Source: Thermodesulfobacteriota bacterium
GTDB lineage: Bacteria > Desulfobacterota > Desulfobulbia > Desulfobulbales > SURF-16
Reading direction: 5' to 3'
Length of the DNA: 64,000 nt
NCBI GenBank assembly: GCA_039715015.1
Contig: JBDLIE010000003.1
Location: 59,201-123,200, forward strand
Below, one piece after another: positions 21,018 through 29,397 of this stretch. The first letter of the stretch is position 1; every line of letters starts with the position of its first letter. A program made the translations under genes and the position numbers. The notes beneath the pieces were generated by a model. That model did no database searches. It worked only from the letters and a program-made list of their open reading frames with translations, and had not been told where the DNA came from.

Positions 21018-22253
21018 ATGGCTCTCATAGTACAGAAATTTGGCGGCACATCCGTTGCCGATCCCGGCAAAATTAAAGCGGTTGCCGACCGGGTAATGAA
21101 AAAAGCCCAGGAAGGAAATAAAATGGTTGTTGTGCTCTCTGCCATGTCTGGCGAGACAAATCGTTTTGTTGATCTTGCTCACCAGATGCAGGCTCAACCA
21201 GACCCGCGAGAATTCGACATGCTCCTGGCCACAGGTGAGCAGGTCACTATCTCACTTTTTGCCATGGCCGTTAAGGCAGCTGGCATGGACGCTATTTCGC
21301 TGCTTGGTGACCAGGTTAAAATTAAAACAGACTCCCGGCACACCAAAGCCCGCATAAAAGAAATTGATACGGAACTCATTAATCAATATCATGATGAGGG
21401 TAAGATCATTGTCGTTGCAGGATTTCAAGGAGTGACTGAGGATGACCATATCACCACCTTGGGACGCGGCGGTTCCGACACCACAGCTGTTGCCCTTGCT
21501 GCTGCCCTAAAGGCAGATGTATGTGAAATCTTTACAGATGTAGAAGGCGTGTACACCACAGACCCTAACATCTGCAACAAAGCGAGAAAAATTGAAAAAA
21601 TCACCTACGACGAGATGCTTGAACTCGCCAGTCTTGGCGCCAAAGTTCTTGATATCCGTTCTGTAAGTTTTGCTAAACGTTATAAAGTGCCCCTTCATGT
21701 GCGCTCAACATTCACTGATACTGAAGGCACATGGGTTGTTGAGGAGGATCAACAAATGGAATCATTGCCTGTCTCTGGTGTAGCCTATAATAAAAATGAA
21801 GCCAGGATAACCATTTCAAAGGTGCCAGATACACCTGGTACAGCTTCTAAAATATTCACCCCCATCTCTGACGCTGGAATTGTAGTTGATGTTATTATCC
21901 AGAACACCAGAAGTGGTGATTTGACAGATATGACCTTCACCGTTCCCTTAACTGATTATGATCAGGCCATGGAGATCGTTGCCGAGGTGGCTGGGGAGAT
22001 TAATGCTGAATACTATAGCGGCGACAAGGATATTGCCAAGATATCCATTGTTGGTGTTGGTATGCGTAACCATGCAGGTATTGCAACCACCATGTTTGGT
22101 GTTTTAGCAAAAGAAGGCATCAATATTTCCATGATTTCCACTTCGGAAATTAAAGTTTCCTGCGTAATAGAGGAGAAATACACCGAGCTTGCCGTGCGCA
22201 GTCTGCACGATGCATTTGGGCTCGACAAGGATAACCCCGCACGCTCCGAATGA
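21018..22253 (+). CDS. lysC: Aspartate kinase
   Basis: MALIVQKFGGTSV, LGRGGSDTTA, two ACT domains (ISTSEIKVS); ATG 21018 is the likely start. Confidence 0.96.
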   Translation: MALIVQKFGGTSVADPGKIKAVADRVMKKAQEGNKMVVVLSAMSGETNRFVDLAHQMQAQPDPREFDMLLATGEQVTISLFAMAVKAAGMDAISLLGDQVKIKTDSRHTKARIKEIDTELINQYHDEGKIIVVAGFQGVTEDDHITTLGRGGSDTTAVALAAALKADVCEIFTDVEGVYTTDPNICNKARKIEKITYDEMLELASLGAKVLDIRSVSFAKRYKVPLHVRSTFTDTEGTWVVEEDQQMESLPVSGVAYNKNEARITISKVPDTPGTASKIFTPISDAGIVVDVIIQNTRSGDLTDMTFTVPLTDYDQAMEIVAEVAGEINAEYYSGDKDIAKISIVGVGMRNHAGIATTMFGVLAKEGINISMISTSEIKVSCVIEEKYTELAVRSLHDAFGLDKDNPARSE

Positions 22254-22266
22254 GGTTGATTGACCT

Positions 22267-23862
22267 ATGACCACTGTATCAATATATGACACAACCCTGC
22301 GTGATGGTACGCAGGCCGAAAATTTCAACCTCTCGGTTGAAGACAAGGTCAGAGTCACCATGAAACTCGATGAGTTTGGGGTTGACTTTGTGGAAGGGGG
22401 CTGGCCTGGTGCCAACCCTGTCTCTTCTGAATATTTCAAAGAGATTAGAAATTACGACCTGCGCTATACAAAGGTTGCAGCCTTTGGATCCACCCGGAAT
22501 TTCAAGAACAATGCGGAAAGCGATCCTAACCTGCAGGCCCTTGTTGAAGCAAAAACCCCGGCCATTACTATCTTTGGCAAGACATGGGACATCCATGTCT
22601 TGGATGCGTTACATATTGAACTAAACGATAATCTGGTCATCATTGAAGATTCACTCCGTTACCTGCGCCCCCATGTCGAGCATCTCTTTTATGATGCTGA
22701 GCATTTCTTTGACGGCTTCAAGGCCAACAAGGAGTATGCCCTGTCAACAATTGACCGGGCTGTTGCCGGCGGCGCTGACGCCTTAGTCCTCTGCGATACC
22801 AATGGCGGCACCTTGCCCACGGAAATTCCGGAGATTATGACTCAGATCAAAAAACATCTGAAGAACCTGGGAAGCGAGGTGGAACTTGGCGTTCACGCCC
22901 ATAATGATTCAGAGACCGCGGTGGGTAATTCACTGGTTGCCATTTCCTGTGGCGCCACGCAGGTCCAGGGAACCATGAACGGCTATGGAGAGCGGTGCGG
23001 CAACGCCAACCTGACCTCCATCATCCCGGCCCTGGCTCTCAAGATGGGTTTTGAATTTGAGGCTGCCAAGAACTTGCAGAATCTCAGTGAGACATCGCGC
23101 TACGTCAACGAACTGGCCAACCTGGCCCACAACCGCTACCAGCCCTATGTCGGCTCCTCGGCCTTTGCCCATAAGGGTGGCATCCATGTCAGTGCAGTGC
23201 AGAAAAACCCCTTGACCTACGAGCATATTGAGCCGGAAAAGGTGGGTAACGTCCGCCGTATTCTTATCTCGGACCAGTCCGGGCGCTCCAATGTTCTTCA
23301 TAAGGCCAAGCAGTTTGGCATTGACCTGAAGAGTAAAGACCCTGTGGTCACGGCAATCCTTAAAGACCTTAAAGAGCTTGAGAATCAGGGTTATCAATTT
23401 GAAGGGGCAGAGGCCTCTTTTGAATTGCTCATGCGCCGGGCCCTTGGTACGCAGCGCCGCTATTTTGACCTCAAAGGCTTTCGGGTTATTAACCAGAAAA
23501 ACAGCCAGGATGAAAATGTCAATGCCGAGGCCACCATTCGCTTGGAGGTGGGAGGCGAAATGGTCCACACTGCTTCCCTGGGTGATGGTCCGGTTAATGC
23601 GCTGGATAATGCCCTGCGCAAGGCTTTGACCAGATTCTACCCCAACCTGAAAGATATGTGGCTTGATGACTACCGGGTTCGGGTATTGGCCAGTGAGCAT
23701 GGTACCGGGGCCAGGGTTCGCGTTTTGATCGAGTCCTCTGACAAGGTAAGTCAATGGGGCACCGTAGGTGTCTCCCACGATATCCTCGAAGCCAGCTGGC
23801 AAGCGTTGGTGGATAGTATCAGCTATAAGCTGATGAAGGATGAAATGAAGAAAAACGCTTGA
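22267..23862 (+). CDS. cimA: Citramalate synthase (LeuA/CimA family)
   Basis: YDTTLRDGTQ, EGGWPGANP, DAEHFFDG, HAHND, GERCGN, AHKGGIH; lysC-cimA synteny. Confidence 0.88.
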   Translation: MTTVSIYDTTLRDGTQAENFNLSVEDKVRVTMKLDEFGVDFVEGGWPGANPVSSEYFKEIRNYDLRYTKVAAFGSTRNFKNNAESDPNLQALVEAKTPAITIFGKTWDIHVLDALHIELNDNLVIIEDSLRYLRPHVEHLFYDAEHFFDGFKANKEYALSTIDRAVAGGADALVLCDTNGGTLPTEIPEIMTQIKKHLKNLGSEVELGVHAHNDSETAVGNSLVAISCGATQVQGTMNGYGERCGNANLTSIIPALALKMGFEFEAAKNLQNLSETSRYVNELANLAHNRYQPYVGSSAFAHKGGIHVSAVQKNPLTYEHIEPEKVGNVRRILISDQSGRSNVLHKAKQFGIDLKSKDPVVTAILKDLKELENQGYQFEGAEASFELLMRRALGTQRRYFDLKGFRVINQKNSQDENVNAEATIRLEVGGEMVHTASLGDGPVNALDNALRKALTRFYPNLKDMWLDDYRVRVLASEHGTGARVRVLIESSDKVSQWGTVGVSHDILEASWQALVDSISYKLMKDEMKKNA

Positions 23863-23874
23863 TCGGCGTTTAAG

Positions 23875-23908
23875 AAAACGGGTCGCTTCTCACAAGCGCC
23901 CCGTTTTT
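23875..23908 (+). terminator. Rho-independent terminator after cimA
   Basis: AAAACGGGTCGCTT-ctcac-AAGCGCCCCGTTTT stem followed by T-rich tail. Confidence 0.65.
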
Positions 23909-23919
23909 ATTATGACTTA

Positions 23920-24303
23920 ATGACCATCTTCCCAGAAGAAGAAACGCCTCAGAAAAAGCCCTATATCCTGATTCTCCTGCTCGGCTTTTTCATCCTCACC
24001 CAGCCTCTTCTGTACCAGTCCTTAAGGGGGGGAGAGTCCACATCCCAGGCAATCTTTAAAGATGAACAGCTATTGGCTGATATCAGCAGACAACAGCCTT
24101 TTCTTCTCTTTCAAGCCATACCAATTAATAGGGCGGGCCGTGAGCAATTAGTGGTGGTTCCAGGTATAGGGCCGCAATTATCTCGGCGAATCATTGCCTA
24201 TCGCTCTTCCCACGGACCTTTCAGCACCCTTGACGAGCTTCTCAAGGTAAACGGTATTGGTCCCCAGAAACTGGAGCGCTTAAAGAAATATTGCCGGCTC
24301 TAA
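23920..24303 (+). CDS. comEA: ComEA-like helix-hairpin-helix DNA-binding protein
   Basis: IPINRA...VPGIGP and LLKVNGIGP HhH motifs; N-terminal TM. Confidence 0.8.
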   Translation: MTIFPEEETPQKKPYILILLLGFFILTQPLLYQSLRGGESTSQAIFKDEQLLADISRQQPFLLFQAIPINRAGREQLVVVPGIGPQLSRRIIAYRSSHGPFSTLDELLKVNGIGPQKLERLKKYCRL

Positions 24304-24445
24304 CCTATCTCCTATTTGTCAATATCCAGAAGTCTATTTAGTGAGGCGGTTCCAACCTCTCCACCCTGACATGCAATAAGGCTGCGAAGTTTCTCCAGGG
24401 CCGAACCATCAACACTGGCCCCTTTGGCAAGTACAGTTCCTTTTT

Positions 24446-24873
24446 TCAAATCATTTTTCCAGGCCATGGCCCCTGGGAGCGCAGGCAGCGCAAAAACTGC
24501 TTTTTGATAAGACAGGGCAGGGGGGGGGGGGGAGAGGCAAGGCTACTTGCTTTATCCCATAAATCTTTGGGCAGTGAAAAAATGCTTGTAAAGCCGCCCT
24601 CTAAATGCAAACCAAAGAGACGAATGTCTCTGCAGAGTTGAGGTTTGTTTTCGAGGCAAAATTCACAGGAGTTACCTGCTGGAGCAGGCCAAAAAAACAA
24701 CCCTTGATCCCTTTTTAAGAGTGCCAAGGTCTGCAAGAAGAACACCGCAAAACTCATGACCAAGAACCCTGGCCAACTCCATACTGGCCGGGGGCGTGGA
24801 AAAGGCTTTTCCATCTATCTGTTGCACAAACACCACAGGCTTCAACCTTTAGAAGATGTTTAAGCCATAACAT
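24446..24873 (-). pseudogene. Degenerate zinc-dependent alcohol/threonine dehydrogenase (MDR family, GroES-like domain)
   Basis: Motifs spread over three minus-strand frames: LKVEACGVCATD, then RVLGHEFCG...KKGSRVV, then WPA..GNSCEFCLENKPQLC...GLHLEGGF; boundaries approximate. Confidence 0.75.
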
Positions 24874-24930
24874 GTTGTTTTTTCTCCCATAATCAACACT
24901 TCCAGATCACAGCAAAACTCCTTTTTACAC

Positions 24931-25575
24931 CTAGTGCCCCTTTACAAAATCAGTCATATCCTGCCGAATTTTTTCATACTGCTTCAGGGTCAAACCAGCA
25001 CCGAGAGCCACAGCTTGTGCCATTTGAGCTGTAAGGAAGTCACCCGGACCATGGGCGTCTGCATTAACAGCAAGCTTAGCGCCAAATTTTAAGGCCAGGC
25101 TGGCTACATGGCCATTTGTCAGACTATGTCCCTTGCGACCGGAAAGCTCCAGGAAAATCCCTTTGTCTGCAGCGAGTTTGACATCATCTTCACTGATCAT
25201 GCCTGGATGAGCAAGAACATCAATATCGGCCTCAAGGGAAGCCCGGTTCGTTCCCGGCGCTACGGGTTCGACAACTGTTTCGCCATGGGCAACCACCACC
25301 AGAGCACCAATGCTACGTGCCTTGGCAGCCAATTCCGCTATAAGTCCTGGGGGAACATGGGTAAGCTCAATACCTGGCAGCAGCCGGGTGTTGGAGTAAG
25401 GATTGAGCTCATTTGCAACCTGGGCAATACGCGGAATAATGAAGTCCAAATTAGATGAATCCGCGTGATCTGTTATGGCAATGGCTTCATAACCAAGAAC
25501 CTCAACCCGGCGCAAGTGTTCAGCCGGGACAAGCTCGCCGTCACTGAAAAAACAATGGGTGTGCAGATCAATCAT
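24931..25575 (-). CDS. PHP domain (histidinol-phosphatase-like) protein
   Basis: DLHTH..SDG, AITDH, GIELTH, LAHPG, NADAH metal ligands. Confidence 0.88.
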   Translation of the reverse strand: MIDLHTHCFFSDGELVPAEHLRRVEVLGYEAIAITDHADSSNLDFIIPRIAQVANELNPYSNTRLLPGIELTHVPPGLIAELAAKARSIGALVVVAHGETVVEPVAPGTNRASLEADIDVLAHPGMISEDDVKLAADKGIFLELSGRKGHSLTNGHVASLALKFGAKLAVNADAHGPGDFLTAQMAQAVALGAGLTLKQYEKIRQDMTDFVKGH

Positions 25576-25577
25576 GT

Positions 25578-26915
25578 TTAACTTTCTCCTTCAATGAGTT
25601 CAGCCCGCAGGGAATTGAGGCAGCCTTCCGTTACCATCACACTTACCAAGTCACCAGCTTTATACTTTTGTGGACTATAAAAATTAACAATCAGATTGTG
25701 GCTACTTCGGCCACTCCACTGGCCCTGGCCATTTTTACTTTCTCCTTCAATCATTAACTCAAGAGGCTTGCCGACAAACTCCTGATGGCGTTCAAGGGAA
25801 ATTTCCTTTTGCCGATTTTGAAAAATAGCCAGTCGTTCAGATTTTTCCTCTTCACTGACCGTATCCTCGAATTCACAGGATTTAGCAGGAGGGCGGCTTG
25901 AATATTTAAAAGAAAAGGCAGAATCATAGCGAACTTTTTCCATAAGATCCATAGTGGCTTGGAAGTCTGAGGCAGATTCACCAGAAAAACCAACGATAAT
26001 ATCGGTGGTTAAGCTGATGTCAGGGCAGGCCTGGCGGAGCCCGGCTACCTTTTCCATATACGTTTCCACCGTATATTTGCGATTCATTTTCTTGAGAACA
26101 GCATTGGACCCAGATTGGACCGGCAAGTGAAAGTGATGACCAAGGTTGTCGAGGTCCTTAAAGCAATCCATCAGAGCAGGGGAGAGGTCCTTGGGATTTG
26201 AGGTCGTAAAACGAAGGCGAACAAGGCCAGGCACAGCTGCAACCGCGCGAAGAAGCTCAGGGAAACTGGTTCGTTTTGCAGGGTGTTGATCATTGCCGTA
26301 GGAATTAACATTCTGGCCGAGCAAGGTGATCTCCCGAACACCGCCCGCAACGAGATGACGAACCTCTGCGAGGATATCTTCCTGTTTACGGCTTACCTCC
26401 CGGCCTCGGGTATAGGGGACGATACAGTAAGTGCAAAAATTATTACAGCCCTGCATAATGGTGACAAAACGCTTATGGGCCAAGCCGTGTTTGAGACTGG
26501 GTAAAAAAGGCGGGATAGTGAAATTGTCAGACTGGGAGGTGGAAATTATGTTTTTCCTGCCGTCATCAATCTCTTGAAAAAGCTCGGGCAACTGATAGAT
26601 GGAGTGAGGTCCTAAAATAATATCCACATGGGGCATGCGGGATTTCATTTTTTGGCCCTCTTGCTGGGCAACACAACCGGCAACAGCGATAATAAGATTA
26701 GGATTATTTTTTTTAAGACGGCGCAAAGAGCCTATGAAACTGTAAGCCTTCTGCTCAGCCTTTCCCCGAATGGAACAGGTGTTGACAATGACGGCATCAG
26801 CTGTCTCCAACTCGCTGCACAGAAGGTAACCATGCTGTTCAAGTAGCTGGAGCATGATCTCTGAATCACGCTCGTTCATCTGACAACCAATGGTTTCTAT
26901 ATAAATATTCTTCAT
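25578..26915 (-). CDS. miaB: tRNA-2-methylthio-N6-dimethylallyladenosine synthase
   Basis: GCQMN..DS, NTCSIR, GCVAQ, radical SAM GCNNFCTYC, LLGQNVNSY, C-terminal TRAM domain. Confidence 0.95.
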   Translation of the reverse strand: MKNIYIETIGCQMNERDSEIMLQLLEQHGYLLCSELETADAVIVNTCSIRGKAEQKAYSFIGSLRRLKKNNPNLIIAVAGCVAQQEGQKMKSRMPHVDIILGPHSIYQLPELFQEIDDGRKNIISTSQSDNFTIPPFLPSLKHGLAHKRFVTIMQGCNNFCTYCIVPYTRGREVSRKQEDILAEVRHLVAGGVREITLLGQNVNSYGNDQHPAKRTSFPELLRAVAAVPGLVRLRFTTSNPKDLSPALMDCFKDLDNLGHHFHLPVQSGSNAVLKKMNRKYTVETYMEKVAGLRQACPDISLTTDIIVGFSGESASDFQATMDLMEKVRYDSAFSFKYSSRPPAKSCEFEDTVSEEEKSERLAIFQNRQKEISLERHQEFVGKPLELMIEGESKNGQGQWSGRSSHNLIVNFYSPQKYKAGDLVSVMVTEGCLNSLRAELIEGES

Positions 26916-26984
26916 CAGGACAAAGTTACCAATTAATACGATAAAACAACAGGTTGCAAACTAAACATAAAGTAAGACATGGAG

Positions 26985-27200
26985 TTAGAGCAAGGCTCCC
27001 TGACAGGCAAGAGCGGACAAGAGAGCGGTGATTTCACCGCCGCTCTCTGGAGAAAAACGAATAAGTACAATTCCATTCCGGGCATCAACGACCGAGAGTA
27101 TGGCAAGGCCATCATAGGCCTCCAGAATAAACTTAAGAAAATGTATCCTACTTCTGTTAATCCGCAGATACAACTGGGCAGTATGGGAGTCAACACTCAT
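26985..27200 (-). CDS. DUF4911-like small protein
   Basis: RSRIHFLKFILEAYDGLA motif typical of the small protein upstream of miaB in Desulfobacterota. Confidence 0.72.
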   Translation of the reverse strand: MSVDSHTAQLYLRINRSRIHFLKFILEAYDGLAILSVVDARNGIVLIRFSPESGGEITALLSALACQGALL

Positions 27201-27206
27201 AAAAAA

Positions 27207-28652
27207 CTAAACAGAAAGCGATGCATCAAAAGAGCCTACAAGGTCTTTGTAATCGGCCAAGCGGGGATCAACAACTTCAGTAAGGTACTCTTCAGTTTGC
27301 TCAGGGGCACGACCAACAAACTCACTACCATCACCAACCATAGCATCAAGGTCATCTGCTGTGAATGGTATCCGGTCATCTGCACCAAGACGAGCAAGAA
27401 GGTCATTTTCTACACCATCATTTTTAACTGCAAGTCCGGCCTCTACAGAGTGAACCTTAACGACCTCGTGCATTTCCTGACGACTTTCACCTTTTTCCAC
27501 ACACTCCATAAGAATCTTTTCAGTGGCCATAAAGGGAAGCTCCTGGCGCAAATGGCGTTGAATCTGTTGAGGGTAAACAACCATATCAGATGTAATGTTT
27601 AGAAAAAGTTTCATGATTGCATCTGTCAGCAAAAAGGCCTGGGGAATGTCCATGCGGCGGATTGCTGAATCATCCAGGGTACGTTCAAACCATTGATTGC
27701 TATAAGTTGCAGCAAAATCAGCAGGAAGCCCCATAAGCTTCCGGGCCAGTCCTGTCATGCGTTCAGAGCGCATAGGGTTACGCTTATAGGCCATGGCTGA
27801 ACTGCCAACTTGATTTTTCGCAAAAGGTTCTTCTTGAACCTTAAGATTAGAAAGCAGACGCATATCAACAGCAAACTTATGGGCAGAGGCTCCGATGCCT
27901 GCCAAAGTTTCTGAAGTTTTCATATCAAGCTTTCGGGTATAAGTTTGACCACTAACGGCAAAAAGATCGGAAAAACCAAGCTTTAAGGCAACAAGCTCAT
28001 CAAGCTTGCGAACTTTTTCATGGTCACCCTTATAGAGCTCTATAAAAGTTGCCTGGGTACCAACTGTTCCTTTAGCGCCACGAGCCTTGACTTGAACCTC
28101 AAGATGCTCAATATAGTCGAGATCCATCATAAGATCCTGAATATAAAGAGTATTTCTCTTGCCAACAGTGGTGGGCTGGGCAGGTTGATAATGGGTGTAA
28201 CCTAAGGTTGCAAGATCTTTGTGCTTGCGACAAAAACGGGAGAGATTGGCAATAACATTAAGAAGCGCCGCCTTAACGAGCTTAAGGGCGTCGCGCTGCA
28301 GGATAAGATCGGTATTACAGCCGACAAACTGACTGGTAGCGCCTAAATGAATGATGGGCTCAGCAGTAGGGCATTGTTGACCATAGGCATAAACATGTGC
28401 CATAACATCGTGACGAATCTCTTTTTCCTTGGCCTGAGCAATATCAAAGTTAATGTTATCCTTGAAGTTTTTAAGCTCCTCAATCATTTTTTCAGTGACA
28501 ATATCAGTGAGACCCATTTCACGCTCAGCCTCAGCCAAGGCAATCCAACAACGCCTCCAATTCTGAAATTTGTTTTCTTCAGAGAAAATCCACTGCATCT
28601 CAGGACTAGTATAACGACTAACCAGGGGCTCCTGGTAAACTTCACGATTCAT
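27207..28652 (-). CDS. purB: Adenylosuccinate lyase
   Basis: PLVSRY, RHDVMAH, IHLGATS, THYQPAQ, GSSAMAYKRNP signature. Confidence 0.95.
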   Translation of the reverse strand: MNREVYQEPLVSRYTSPEMQWIFSEENKFQNWRRCWIALAEAEREMGLTDIVTEKMIEELKNFKDNINFDIAQAKEKEIRHDVMAHVYAYGQQCPTAEPIIHLGATSQFVGCNTDLILQRDALKLVKAALLNVIANLSRFCRKHKDLATLGYTHYQPAQPTTVGKRNTLYIQDLMMDLDYIEHLEVQVKARGAKGTVGTQATFIELYKGDHEKVRKLDELVALKLGFSDLFAVSGQTYTRKLDMKTSETLAGIGASAHKFAVDMRLLSNLKVQEEPFAKNQVGSSAMAYKRNPMRSERMTGLARKLMGLPADFAATYSNQWFERTLDDSAIRRMDIPQAFLLTDAIMKLFLNITSDMVVYPQQIQRHLRQELPFMATEKILMECVEKGESRQEMHEVVKVHSVEAGLAVKNDGVENDLLARLGADDRIPFTADDLDAMVGDGSEFVGRAPEQTEEYLTEVVDPRLADYKDLVGSFDASLSV

Positions 28653-29318
28653 TTACAAATCTCCGGATTTACGTATTTATTCATACTTGTGACGTGAAAC
28701 ATTGTAATGTTTTCTGATAGCAATAAGCTGGTATATTTAACCCATTTCCCCATGTTTTTCATGGCATTATAGGCCAAATTAACAAAAATAGTCCATCTAG
28801 AGCTGGGAGCGAGGGCTGTCGCCTTCTTCAATACAGCTATTTTGACAATGTCGCATAATATATATTATGTATAATTAACTTAAAGCAAGTAATGTCAACA
28901 AGTTGCCGTGCTACAATATTAGGTGGAATAAATTGAGATACTGTGTGGAATAATCGTTCAGCCTGGCCTGCCCTAAAGCCAAGATTAAGTGAGTGAACTG
29001 CAGGGACCAAGAAAACCTTGACCATTCTCTCCGCTATCCTGCGCAAATAGAGTTTTATCTAAAGGATTGCCACTCGCTTATCTGGTGAACCGTGGAAAGC
29101 GGTATTGTTGTTAGCCGCTTAAAGCTGTTTGTGTTTTCCGGGCTAATCCCTTCTGGGACCAGGCCGACGAACAAGAGACCTGACTGTTTCCTGGGCAGAA
29201 ACTGCTCACTCAAGTGGTCATTTTCTGGCGAGTCGACTCGTCACAGCGCTTTTTTGTTGTTGGCCCAGACGATCTAGGATGTTGAAGCCGCACGGGGCAA
29301 CAGTCTTTTTATGGTTTT

Positions 29319-29334
29319 CGGTATAAATTTTGCT
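29319..29334 (+). promoter_or_regulatory. Candidate sigma54 (-24/-12) promoter of the multiheme cytochrome
   Basis: CGGTATAAATTTTGCT: GG-N10-GC spacing with TTGCT, ~65 nt upstream of ATG 29398. Confidence 0.5.
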
Positions 29335-29397
29335 AATAAATTTTTACTATGTGGCAAGATGTCACATTATTTCCTTTGTTTAATTGAAGGATTACTT

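Noticed and set aside
22930..23802. 290-aa antisense ORF
   Set aside because: Lies wholly opposite cimA; shadow ORF from codon bias with no recognisable motifs
24446..24814. 122-aa ORF as an independent gene
   Set aside because: Only its middle part is in the ancestral frame of the dehydrogenase pseudogene
26933..27196. 87-aa alternative-frame ORF upstream of miaB
   Set aside because: The overlapping frame 26985-27200 carries the recognisable conserved motif
26979..27602. 207-aa plus-strand ORF
   Set aside because: Antisense to purB and the DUF4911-like gene; no family motifs
28686..28701. parS-like sequence CTTGTGACGTGAAACA
   Set aside because: Only one half-site matches TGTTTCACGTGAAACA (four mismatches); single copy
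29084..29180. Possible c-di-GMP-I/GEMM riboswitch (GGTGAACCGTGGAAAGCGGT)
   Set aside because: A GAAA-capped hairpin is present but the conserved GCAAA junction and second stem could not be found by eye; needs Infernal
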